The position numbers and the translations under genes were made by a program. Below, piece after piece: positions 52,611 to 61,315 of a stretch of DNA of 64,000 bases (within the stretch, counting starts at the first letter, position 1; each line of letters starts with the position of its first letter). The notes beneath the pieces were generated by a model. That model ran no database searches. It was given only the letters and a program-made list of their open reading frames with translations, and was not told the DNA's origin. The stretch comes from Puniceicoccales bacterium (GTDB taxonomy: Bacteria > Verrucomicrobiota > Verrucomicrobiia > Opitutales > JAIRLG01): assembly GCA_031288595.1 (NCBI GenBank), contig JAITRB010000003.1, positions 27,861 to 91,860 on the forward strand. The letters run 5' to 3'.

Positions 52611-52718
52611 TTTTTTTCGCTGTCTTTGGAGCCCGCAGGGGCTCGCCCGCGGAGCGGGCCTCAGCGCCGGAAACAAAAGTTCCTTTTATTTCCGGCGCTG
52701 CAAAGACAGCGAAAAAAA
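52611..52718 (-). repeat. Cloverleaf palindromic repeat CLR-A, copy A10 (inverted order), flanked by T7/A7 runs
   Basis: Outer stem tttttttcgctgtctttg/caaagacagcgaaaaaaa is a perfect 18 bp. H3 is gagccc-gcag-gggctc. H2 is gcccgc-gga-gcgggc. H1 is cagcgccggaaa(c)aaaag-ttc-ctttt(a)tttccggcgctg. Confidence 0.9.
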
Positions 52719-52756
52719 CTCCGACCCATCGAGAACAGAACTAGACCGGTTTCGAA

Positions 52757-54016
52757 CTAGGCTGGTCTCCGCAGGCAGGCGCGGTGGTTTTGCAAAATGC
52801 TTCCCAGCATGTAGAGCGAACCGGTGATCAGTTTCTTCTCGATACCTTGGAGCAAGGCTCCGATCCGTGACAGGGAAAGGACATGGGATTTTTCTAAAAA
52901 CCGGGAGGGCAGGCAGTTCAGCAGCTCTTCGGGCGAAAGATGTCGCTCGTAGCCATCAGCGACGAGAAAAATTTCCCTGAATTGAGGGGCCAGGACCTCC
53001 AGCATCGCCCGGGCACGAATGGCTTCAATCGATCCGAAAATGAGCTGGCTAAAGGGTTTTCCCAGAAATCTGTAGCGGTCGATTTCCCGCAAAATGGCCT
53101 CGGCCCCCTCAAGGTTATGTGCCCCGTCGAAGACGATCTCTCCGCCGGCCTCGTTGCCAAAGCATTCCCAACGGCAGGGCCAGTAGAAGCGGGGCGATTC
53201 TCGATGCCAGAGCTTGGGAGGCACGGGAAACTTTTCCTGCAACTGCCCCACAACAGCCTTTGCCGTAGCCAGGTTATCCCGCTGGTAGAGGGGTAGATGG
53301 GCGTAGTGCTGTGCCCATTCCTCCTCGCCGATGCTGGAGCTTGAAGCCCATAGGATGGGGACTTCTCGTATTTGAGCTTCTTCCCGAAGCACGGTCAGGG
53401 CCTCGCCCTGAATATTGCCCAGCACGAGTGGAATTTTGGGAAGGAGAATGCCGGCCTTTTCACGGGCGATCTCTCCCAAAGTCTCGCCCAGATACAACTG
53501 GTGGTCGTAGTGGATTGTCGTGATAACGCTCAGGTCGGCGGCCGTCGCCGTCGTCGCATCGCAGCGTCCTCCCAGGCCGGTTTCCAGCACGACGATTTCC
53601 GGACGCTGTTCCTTAAAAAAGGAGAGCGCCATCGCCGTTAAGTACTCGAAATGCGAGATGGGGCTTTGAGGATTGCGCTTCTCCCAGTCCTGGGCGATGG
53701 TCTGCAGCTTTTGGAATTGCCGCATAAAATCCTCTCGAGATATAGAGGTCCCCGAAATCTGGATCCGCTCCCGAATGTCCAGCAGGTGCGGTGAGGAGTA
53801 GAAACCCACTTTATAGCCCGCCTGATGATAGACATGGGCCAGAATGGCACAGACGGAACCCTTGCCATTGGTACCGGCCACATGGATGACGAAGGAGGGG
53901 AGTCGCCGTGTTTTACTCGAGTCCAGAAGATACTGAATGCCTTCCAGGGTATAGTGCCTATGTACCGGCCGGTGCTCGAGAAAATGGACGATGCTCTCGA
54001 AATCAAAGAGATCCAT
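52757..54016 (-). CDS. folC: Bifunctional folylpolyglutamate synthase / dihydrofolate synthase
   Basis: VIHVAGTNGKGSV and the Mur-ligase family layout are present. The protein is 419 aa. Confidence 0.85.
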   Translation of the reverse strand: MDLFDFESIVHFLEHRPVHRHYTLEGIQYLLDSSKTRRLPSFVIHVAGTNGKGSVCAILAHVYHQAGYKVGFYSSPHLLDIRERIQISGTSISREDFMRQFQKLQTIAQDWEKRNPQSPISHFEYLTAMALSFFKEQRPEIVVLETGLGGRCDATTATAADLSVITTIHYDHQLYLGETLGEIAREKAGILLPKIPLVLGNIQGEALTVLREEAQIREVPILWASSSSIGEEEWAQHYAHLPLYQRDNLATAKAVVGQLQEKFPVPPKLWHRESPRFYWPCRWECFGNEAGGEIVFDGAHNLEGAEAILREIDRYRFLGKPFSQLIFGSIEAIRARAMLEVLAPQFREIFLVADGYERHLSPEELLNCLPSRFLEKSHVLSLSRIGALLQGIEKKLITGSLYMLGSILQNHRACLRRPA

Positions 54017-54039
54017 ACCGGGTTGAGGCAGTCCAGTCC

Positions 54040-54906
54040 TCAGACTACCACCTGGGTCTTGTAGAAAAGCGTTTTGAGGAAGTAGATGAGCCGCTTCCGC
54101 AGCTCGCCGCGGGGAACGATTTGGTCGATGAGCCCGTGTTCGAGGAGAAACTCCGCACTTTGAAATCCCTTGGGCAGCTTTTGCCGTATCGTCTCCTCGA
54201 TCACCCGCGGACCGGCGAAGCCGATCAGTGCCCCGGGCTCAGCCAGAAGGATGTCCCCGAGCGTGGCGAAGCTGGCCGTGACCCCGCCGGTGGTGGGATG
54301 GGTCAAAACGGAGAAAAAGGGAATCCGTTGCTCCCGGAGCTTTGCGAGCGCGGCGGCGGTCTTGGCCATTTGCATCAGGCTTAAAATTCCCTCGTACATG
54401 CGCGCGCCACCGGATGCCGAGACGATGATCACCGGATGCCTCTGTTCGCAGCCGCGCTCGATGCATCGGGTGATGCGTTCGCCGACGACAGAACCCATGC
54501 TGGCCCCGAGAAAGCGAAAATCCATCACCGCCAGCTCGACGGCCAAGCCATCCATGCGGGCACTGCCGCAGAGCACCGCCTCCGTGAGGCCTGTCTTCTC
54601 CTGGTTCTCGATGAGCTTCTGGGCATAGTTCAGGTTTCCCGAAAAGCCCAGAAAGTCGATGGAACTCAGTTCCTCGTCGTGGGCCTGAAAACTGTCCTTA
54701 TCCGCGAGCATTCGGATGCGCTGCGGGGCACCGATGGGGAAGTGGTAGGCGCTCTTGGGGTCTACCCAGTCGTGCTCCTCCAGTTCCCGCCGAAGCAGGA
54801 GGAGGCCACTTTGGGGATGTTTTACCCACAGCTGGGGAGGAATCTCCCTCTTCGGCCCCCGATAGCGAAGGCGAGAATGGTGAGCTGGTTTCCTCTCTTC
54901 GGACAT
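54040..54906 (-). CDS. accD: Acetyl-CoA carboxylase carboxyltransferase beta subunit (zinc-ribbon cysteines absent)
   Basis: GGSMGSVVGE-type (LGASMGSVVGE), SASGGARMYEGILSLMQMAKT and IGFAGPRVIE are present. The start is chosen at ATG 54906 (MSEERKP). Confidence 0.85.
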   Translation of the reverse strand: MSEERKPAHHSRLRYRGPKREIPPQLWVKHPQSGLLLLRRELEEHDWVDPKSAYHFPIGAPQRIRMLADKDSFQAHDEELSSIDFLGFSGNLNYAQKLIENQEKTGLTEAVLCGSARMDGLAVELAVMDFRFLGASMGSVVGERITRCIERGCEQRHPVIIVSASGGARMYEGILSLMQMAKTAAALAKLREQRIPFFSVLTHPTTGGVTASFATLGDILLAEPGALIGFAGPRVIEETIRQKLPKGFQSAEFLLEHGLIDQIVPRGELRKRLIYFLKTLFYKTQVVV

Positions 54907-54954
54907 GCCGCCTAGCGAAGTCCCGGAACCTGGTCTTGTCAAGTACACCCATTC

Positions 54955-55518
54955 TTGACTAAGATTGACGTTCATCCTCAAAAAAAATCACCCATGAATC
55001 ATCAGAGGATAAAATGTATTTTACTGGGCCTGTGCTTTACGGCCGTCGCCCTATCTCCCCTGCGCTGTTCCCGCTGGGAATCCACCCGATGGATCAGGGA
55101 TACGGGGGATATGGCCGAAGTCATCATGCCCTGCCTCACCACGGCCGTCATTCTCCTGAGGGATGACTGGGCCATTTTCCCCCACTGGCTCGTTGCCTGC
55201 GCCGCGACGACCCTGTCCGTCTCTCTTTTGAAACACGCGATTCCGGCCAGAAGGCCAGGGGGCGGTCAGCACAGCTTTCCCTCCGGTCACACGGCAACCG
55301 CCTTCCTCAGCGCCTGTTTTCTTCTTTTGCGCTATGGTTCCCGCTGGGGACTTCTGCTGCTGTGGGCCGGCTTTGTCGGCTTCTCCAGAATTTATTCTCA
55401 CAGTCACTACTTACGGGATGTTCTGGCCGGTGCATTGATAGGATCGGCCTGCGCCTGTCTCTCCGGTTTTATTTGGAGGAAGCTCCTACGTTGTTTTGCA
55501 ACATACCAGAAGGACTAG
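54955..55518 (+). CDS. PAP2-family phosphatase (lipid phosphate/undecaprenyl-PP or lipid A phosphatase-like)
   Basis: The PAP2 motifs are KHAIPARRP, PSGHT and SRIYSHSHYLRDV. Confidence 0.75.
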   Translation: MTKIDVHPQKKSPMNHQRIKCILLGLCFTAVALSPLRCSRWESTRWIRDTGDMAEVIMPCLTTAVILLRDDWAIFPHWLVACAATTLSVSLLKHAIPARRPGGGQHSFPSGHTATAFLSACFLLLRYGSRWGLLLLWAGFVGFSRIYSHSHYLRDVLAGALIGSACACLSGFIWRKLLRCFATYQKD

Positions 55519-56162
55519 CTTCCCCATTCGCTAGCTCCTTCAATGCTAACCGCCTCTTTTAAGATTTCCTGCTTAAAAGCCTCAGCTCCATCGATCCCCC
55601 GATCATAAGCGATTTCGGCATGAGGTTTTAGAAAATTATCTATTTTTTCCTTGAGAGCATAAAGGGCATTGTGCACAGCGTCAGCATTCGAAGAATGCCT
55701 AAGAGCTGGATCATAAAATGCAGCAAGCATATTATCCAATTTTCCTGAAAGTTCCTGAAAAACTCCCCTCGTCACATTTGCCTTCAATCGAAAGTGCAAG
55801 ATTTCTCTTCTGAGTTCCGATTTAAGTGCTGTCAGCTTTGTTTGAACTTCTGGAGGATTCGTTCCCGCTATTCCTGAAGCCTTGGCACTGAAGGTTATAG
55901 CTGTATCGCGCAGGGGAGTTTGGGGAACTACAGGGCGAGCAAGATTCTCAAGGGCTTGTTGAACCTTTGCTTGATCAAAACCCAGGCAGAATTTTATCGT
56001 CGCAAAAAAAGCCCGCAGTTCTGAAAAGGCTCCTCCATAATTTCTCGCTACCCGAGCCTGGACATCTCCGAATGAGTGCCCATTCAATCTTTCGAAACTC
56101 ATCTCATATCCCTCTCTCAAAGAGCTAACAGAAATTCTACATTTATCAAAGCAAAAATTCAA
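55515..56162 (-). CDS. Hypothetical protein (AT-richer ORFan); likely start ATG 56102
   Basis: It is 215 aa in the track, or 195 aa from MSFERLNGH, which is preceded by GAGAGAGGGATATGAG. It is predicted helical and I recognise no family. Confidence 0.5.
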   Translation of the reverse strand: MNFCFDKCRISVSSLREGYEMSFERLNGHSFGDVQARVARNYGGAFSELRAFFATIKFCLGFDQAKVQQALENLARPVVPQTPLRDTAITFSAKASGIAGTNPPEVQTKLTALKSELRREILHFRLKANVTRGVFQELSGKLDNMLAAFYDPALRHSSNADAVHNALYALKEKIDNFLKPHAEIAYDRGIDGAEAFKQEILKEAVSIEGASEWGS

Positions 56163-56306
56163 ACTTGGCTTTATCCCGATGATTTAGTCTTTCAGCTGCA
56201 AAACTTCCCCTGCTCATTATCGGATTGATGCGGAGGGGCTTAAGGCTTTAAAGAAGCGGTATTATCCGCTTTCCATGGGAAGGAGAAGCTATTTCGAAGT
56301 GATTTT

Positions 56307-57842
56307 ATGAAGCATTTTTACCTGACGACGGCCATCGACTATGCCAATGGTCAGCCGCATATGGGCCACGCTTACGAAAAGGTATTGGCCGATGTTATCG
56401 CCCGCCACCGGCGGCTCTGTGGACAGCCGGTGTATTTCCTAACGGGTTTGGACGAACATGGCCAGAAGGTACAGCAGACGGCCGAAAAGGAAGGTATCGA
56501 GCCTCAGCAGCTCTGCGACCGCGTCGCCGGGGATTTCCAAAAGCTGTGTCACTCGCTTCATATCTCCCATGATGACTACATCCGGACAACGGAGAAACGG
56601 CATAAAATCGTCGTTCAAAGCGTCCTGCAGAAGCTCTTCGAGCAGGATGAGATCTACTTGGCGGATTATCAAGGGCTCTACAGCCCACGCCTGGAGCAGT
56701 TCCTGCAGGAGAAGGATAAGGTGGACGGCCATTGGCCGGAGGAATTCGGGGAGGTCATCGAGATTTCGGAAAAAAACTACTTCTTTCGCCTACGCCGCTA
56801 CTACCCATGGCTAGTACACTACATCAAGACCCATCCGGACTTCATCTTCCCGCATTTTCGAGCCAAGCAGGTTTTGGAGTTTCTCAAGGACGAGCCGAAT
56901 GATCTCTGCATCTCGCGTCCGAAAAAACGCCTTGCCTGGGGGATTCCCTTGCCCTTCGACGAGGACTACGTCACCTATGTGTGGTTCGATGCCCTTTTGA
57001 ACTACCTCTCGGCCGTCGGCTATGGAGAGGAAGCTCTAGGCCACTACTGGCCAGTGGATATTCAGATCATCGGCAAGGATATTTTGCTGCCGGCCCACAC
57101 GATCTACTGGCCCTGTATGCTGAAGGCGCTGGAGCTAGAAATGCCCCGAACCCTGCTGGCCCATGGCTGGTGGTTGGTCTCCGGCTCCAAGATGTCGAAG
57201 AGCACGGGACAGGTCGTCCAGCCGCTCGACTATGTGCGGCTCTGCGGCGCCGATGCCTTCCGCTATTTCGTCATGCGCGAGATGGTCATCGGCCAGGACT
57301 GTGACTTCTCGCACGAGCGCTTCATGGCCCGTTACAACGGCGACCTGGGCAATGATTTCGGCAACCTCGTCCATCGCCTGCTCCACATGCTGCGGCGCTA
57401 CTGCGGATCGGCGATTCCCCGGGGGAATTTTTCCGATGCGGATGATCAGGCTCTGCGGCAGCACTGGCAGGAAATTTTGCCAAGAATCTCCGAGGCCTAC
57501 CAGCACTTCGCCATCCATTCGGCCCTGGAACTTCTCTGGGAGATGCTGCGCCTTTTGAACCGTTTTACCGAACTGCGTTCCCCGTGGTCACTGGCCAAAT
57601 CCTCCCGAGATGAAGACAGGAAAAAACTAGAGGCCACCCTGGCCACCTTGGCCGAAGGCCTACGCCTCGTAGTGAACGCGCTGCAGCCGGTCATGCCGGA
57701 AACCTCCCGCATTGTGCTGAATGCCCTGGGATTAACTTCGGAAGCGAATCTCCACTGGGATCAATCGCTTCGCTGGTCGCAGGGACTGGAGGGCCGATCA
57801 GTGGGGGACCCAAGCGTCCTCTTCCCACGAGTGGAAGGCTAG
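56307..57842 (+). CDS. metG: Methionyl-tRNA synthetase (short form without C-terminal tRNA-binding domain)
   Basis: It has the HIGH-type motif ANGQPHMGHAYE and KMSKS (GSKMSKSTG). The protein is 511 aa. Confidence 0.9.
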   Translation: MKHFYLTTAIDYANGQPHMGHAYEKVLADVIARHRRLCGQPVYFLTGLDEHGQKVQQTAEKEGIEPQQLCDRVAGDFQKLCHSLHISHDDYIRTTEKRHKIVVQSVLQKLFEQDEIYLADYQGLYSPRLEQFLQEKDKVDGHWPEEFGEVIEISEKNYFFRLRRYYPWLVHYIKTHPDFIFPHFRAKQVLEFLKDEPNDLCISRPKKRLAWGIPLPFDEDYVTYVWFDALLNYLSAVGYGEEALGHYWPVDIQIIGKDILLPAHTIYWPCMLKALELEMPRTLLAHGWWLVSGSKMSKSTGQVVQPLDYVRLCGADAFRYFVMREMVIGQDCDFSHERFMARYNGDLGNDFGNLVHRLLHMLRRYCGSAIPRGNFSDADDQALRQHWQEILPRISEAYQHFAIHSALELLWEMLRLLNRFTELRSPWSLAKSSRDEDRKKLEATLATLAEGLRLVVNALQPVMPETSRIVLNALGLTSEANLHWDQSLRWSQGLEGRSVGDPSVLFPRVEG

Positions 57843-57909
57843 GGAGCGCTGAATTGTAAATTGTATTTACAGTTCCAGGAGAAACACCACACAGAGGAGA
57901 GTTTCTCAT

Positions 57910-58245
57910 ATGTCATACGAAAAGATCATCCACCTCTCTAAGGAAAATTTCACCCCCACGGTTCAGGAGAGCCGTAAACCTGTCTTGGTCGACTTTTGGG
58001 CGCCCTGGTGCGGGCCGTGCCGCACCCTGTCCAGTCTCATCGATGAAGTGGCGGAGGAACATCCGGAATGGGTTGTGGCCAAGCTCAACACCGACGAAGA
58101 GGAGGCTTTGGCAGAGGAATACGACGTGAGGGCGCTCCCCACCCTGCTGTTCTTCAACGCCAAAGGGCAGCTGGTCGATCGCTCCGTAGGCAGCCTCACA
58201 AAGAGCGATCTGCTGACCCGATTGGAAAAGGTGGCCCACGGATGA
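57910..58245 (+). CDS. trxA: Thioredoxin
   Basis: The active site is VDFWAPWCGPCR. The protein is 111 aa. Confidence 0.9.
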   Translation: MSYEKIIHLSKENFTPTVQESRKPVLVDFWAPWCGPCRTLSSLIDEVAEEHPEWVVAKLNTDEEEALAEEYDVRALPTLLFFNAKGQLVDRSVGSLTKSDLLTRLEKVAHG

Positions 58246-58294
58246 TCGGCGATAAAGCTTCTCCGATGTAGAGCGCAATTTTCTCCTCGAGATC

Positions 58295-59218
58295 ATGATC
58301 CCAAATTCTCAGCTGCCCATCGCTGTTAAACGCCCACTCCTGGGCATTTTTTGGTTCTGCCTGAGCCTCGTCGTCTGCTCCGGCAATGATGTCCTGATGA
58401 AGTACCTAGGGAACGATTTCCACAATTTCCAGGTCGTCTTCCTGCGCTTTTTTTTCGGAACGCTCAGCCTGCTGCCATGGATGATTTTTTCCAGAAAAAA
58501 GGCCTTTCGAACCCGAAGCATCGGGTTTTATGTCCTGCGGGGAACCCTACTCTTCGGCGGAGTATGCCTCTGGTGCCAAGGTTTGCGGACAACTCCCATC
58601 GCCGTCGCTTCGTCCATCGATTTCAGCATCCCCATTCTGACTATGCTACTGGCTATGCCATTCTTGGGCGAGCGGATTTCAGCCAAGCGCTGGATAGTCG
58701 CCGGGCTGGGATTCCTCGGTGTCTGGATCGTCCTCCATCCGGGCCAGAATTCCTTTCCTTTTCGACCGGCCATTGGGATGATGGCGGCAGCCCTCATGTT
58801 CGCCTACCTCGATATTTTGAACAAGAAGTACCTGCTGCAGGAAGGGGTGCTGACGATACTCTTCTATACCGCTCTGCTGACCATGCTCCTGGCAGCCATA
58901 CCGGCCCTGCGGATCTGGAGACCGATCCCCTCTGGCCCGATGCTCCTTTTCTTTGCCTTGGGCTGTGGGGCCAATCTGATCCTCTATTGCATTCTGAAGG
59001 CCTTCGAGCAGGTGGAGGTGTCGGCGGTGGTTCCTTTTCGCTATGTGGAGCTCATCCTGGCAGCCCTATTCGGCTACCTCTTCTTCGACGAAGGTCTGTC
59101 GTTGCGCCTCTTCCTGGGGGCTTCCGTCATCGCCCTGAGCTCGCTCTACCTGGCCTGGGAAGAGCTGCGTGAGGCGAAGGAATCGGACAAGAATCACTCC
59201 TCTTTTTCCTGCTGCTAG
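58295..59218 (+). CDS. EamA/DMT-family transporter
   Basis: It has about ten TM segments in the two-EamA-repeat layout. Confidence 0.7.
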   Translation: MIPNSQLPIAVKRPLLGIFWFCLSLVVCSGNDVLMKYLGNDFHNFQVVFLRFFFGTLSLLPWMIFSRKKAFRTRSIGFYVLRGTLLFGGVCLWCQGLRTTPIAVASSIDFSIPILTMLLAMPFLGERISAKRWIVAGLGFLGVWIVLHPGQNSFPFRPAIGMMAAALMFAYLDILNKKYLLQEGVLTILFYTALLTMLLAAIPALRIWRPIPSGPMLLFFALGCGANLILYCILKAFEQVEVSAVVPFRYVELILAALFGYLFFDEGLSLRLFLGASVIALSSLYLAWEELREAKESDKNHSSFSCC

Positions 59219-59306
59219 GGGAAATTTTCCAAAATTTCCCTGCCTTTTCTTCCCAAAGCTCCTTTGCTCCCGATCAGCACCCCAAGAGGGCCGATGGGCC
59301 TCTTCA

Positions 59307-59404
59307 CTTCGCTGTCTTTGGATTCCGAAGGAATCGGCCCGCTGCGCGGGCCACGAGCTTTTCCGCAAAGGCTTCTTTGCGAAAAAGCTCGAAAGACAGC
59401 GAAG
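59307..59404 (-). repeat. Cloverleaf palindromic repeat CLR-A, copy A11 (inverted order)
   Basis: Outer stem cttcgctgtcttt/aaagacagcgaag. H3 is gattcc-gaa-ggaatc. H2 is ggcccgc-tgc-gcgggcc. H1 is cgagctttt(c)cgcaaag-gctt-ctttgcg(a)aaaagctcg. Confidence 0.9.
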
Positions 59405-59483
59405 GAACTCCGCCTCACCTCGTGCCGCCCTTCCCTCCAGGACTCTGCTTGACTCTAGAGGGCCCATCCGGTATGCTACGGAC

Positions 59484-61076
59484 GTGGATGGTAAGGGAAA
59501 GGCTTCCTTAAGAGTGGATGGGCAAGCTTATTCCATCGGGAAGGAACGCCAGGTGCTGGAACTCTGCCTGGCCAACGGCATCGAGCTGCCCCACCTCTGC
59601 AACCAAAAGGGCCTCAGCGTCGAGACAAGCTGCGGGCTCTGCTTCATCGAGCAGAGGATACAGGGACAGTGGTTACCCGTCCTTGCCTGCGTCCTCGTCC
59701 CACAGGACGGCATCGAAATTCGGACGGAATCGGAGAGCATCAGCACCCTACGCCGGCTCAGCGCCATGAACCTACTCCGAATCCACAGCGTCCGCTGCGA
59801 AACCTGCTCAAAGCTCGGCAGCTGCTTCCTCCGAAAGATTTATCGACAGGTCCCCTGCGGTCTGACGCTCGAACTGGCTCCAGATGAGGAATTCGAAGCC
59901 CCCGTGGCCTTGGGACAGAATAGTCTCTGCATCGATCGGCGCAAATGCATCGGCTGTGGACTCTGCGTGCGCTATGTCCAGGAAGTTCTGGGGGAGGACT
60001 GGCTGTCCATCGAAACCCTGCCGCACGGATTCCGCCGCATCGATGCCTATCCCGGCATCCACATTCCACCCGAGGAGAACAGCTCGCTCATGAAACTCTG
60101 TCCTGTACAGGCGCTGTCGGACAGGCGGCAGCGGTCCATCAGGGTTTACGACACCTATAAGATGGATCATGGCCTGGGTCTACAATCGGAGGCTAGGAAG
60201 AATGACCTATGGCCGCAACGGCATCGGCTGGTCAAGGGATCCGCCAGACGTCCGGACATTCCACTGGAATTTCGGGAAGCAGAGGCACGAAGAGAACTGG
60301 TCGAGCGCCGCTTTCGGGAGGATTCCAGGCTACAGCAGCCCCTAATCCATGGGAAGCCGAGCGGGCTCACTTCAGCGCTCTCCCGTATTCTCGCTGCCCT
60401 GAGCAGCTCTCGGTGCCTCGGCTTCATTCTGTCCGATGACCTGTGCCTCGAGGATCTGCTCCTCGTCCATCGCTGGTGTTTGCAGCGCAAACCGGGAAAA
60501 ATTTGGTTCGTCGCAGGCCCTGCTCCGGAGCGCCGCTACCCACCCACTCACACCATGGGCCATCGGGTCTTTTCCGATTTGGGTTTGGGGAATTTCGCTG
60601 ACCAAAGGTCCGATTTCCTGGAAATCCACCAGGCGACAGAGGCACGGATCATCGATGCCATCTGTTTATTTGGCGACATCGTCTCCCAAGGACTGAATGG
60701 GAAAGCACTCTGTGCTGTTCCGAGCCTCTACATGGGCCCGAACTCCAATACGAGCAGTGAGCTCTGCGATTTCGTCCTGCCGACGGCCTTGCCCGATGAA
60801 AGGGACGGATGGACTCTGGGAGAGGACCAAAGGCTGCGCGCATTTCGGGCCGAGAAAAGGGGAGGAGCTGAGGTTTATCCAGAGTGGCAATGGATGGCGA
60901 TGATGATCAATCTCTACGCCGACTACCCCCAAGGGCAGTGGAAATACATGAATCGAACGGCCCTGTGGAGTGAGCTGCAGATTTTCTATCCGGCTCTGGG
61001 AAAAATCACCGATGAGGCCCTGCCGAGCGAAGGCTTGGAACTCGAGTTGGGCGGCCGGAGAAAGCTAAAGAGCTAA
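59484..61076 (+). CDS. NuoG-like Fe-S protein (2Fe-2S + HCCC 4Fe-4S + CxxCxxC...CP 4Fe-4S N-terminal module) with a divergent C-terminal domain
   Basis: LRVDGQAYSI...LPHLCNQ...SCGLCFIE, HSVRCETCSKLGSC, CIGCGLCVRY and LCPVQAL are present. GTG 59484 is chosen because the track start at 59169 reads through repeat A11. Confidence 0.6.
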   Translation: MDGKGKASLRVDGQAYSIGKERQVLELCLANGIELPHLCNQKGLSVETSCGLCFIEQRIQGQWLPVLACVLVPQDGIEIRTESESISTLRRLSAMNLLRIHSVRCETCSKLGSCFLRKIYRQVPCGLTLELAPDEEFEAPVALGQNSLCIDRRKCIGCGLCVRYVQEVLGEDWLSIETLPHGFRRIDAYPGIHIPPEENSSLMKLCPVQALSDRRQRSIRVYDTYKMDHGLGLQSEARKNDLWPQRHRLVKGSARRPDIPLEFREAEARRELVERRFREDSRLQQPLIHGKPSGLTSALSRILAALSSSRCLGFILSDDLCLEDLLLVHRWCLQRKPGKIWFVAGPAPERRYPPTHTMGHRVFSDLGLGNFADQRSDFLEIHQATEARIIDAICLFGDIVSQGLNGKALCAVPSLYMGPNSNTSSELCDFVLPTALPDERDGWTLGEDQRLRAFRAEKRGGAEVYPEWQWMAMMINLYADYPQGQWKYMNRTALWSELQIFYPALGKITDEALPSEGLELELGGRRKLKS

Positions 61077-61125
61077 AATCGCAGCAATCTTCAAGCCAGA
61101 TATTCCCTTCGATGGGCGCTAGGGC

Positions 61126-61229
61126 TTTTGTCGCCTTTGGAGCCCAAGGGGCTCTCGGCCCGCTGCGCGGGCCGTTGGGGAGAAGCAGGGAAAAGCCTTT
61201 TCCTGCTTCTCTCCACAAAGGCGACAAAA
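61126..61229 (-). repeat. Cloverleaf palindromic repeat CLR-A, copy A12 (inverted order)
   Basis: Outer stem ttttgtcgcctttg/caaaggcgacaaaa is a perfect 14 bp. H3 is gagccc-aag-gggctc. H2 is ggcccgc-tgc-gcgggcc. H1 is ggggagaagcagg(g)aaaag-cc-cttttcctgcttctctcc, with one G-T pair and one bulge. Confidence 0.9.
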
Positions 61230-61315
61230 AAACACCAACTCCTCTCTTAAATTCCCGAAATCTTTCCCCGAACTTGGGCTTGCCAGGCCAGGATGAAAGG
61301 TTTAGGAAATAGGGA

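Noticed and set aside
57851-57875. An AT-rich 11-bp hairpin (gaattgtaaat-tgt-atttacagttc) lies between metG and trxA and could be a terminator or regulator.
   Set aside because: It has no following T-run and the stem is weak. It is a single occurrence with too little evidence.
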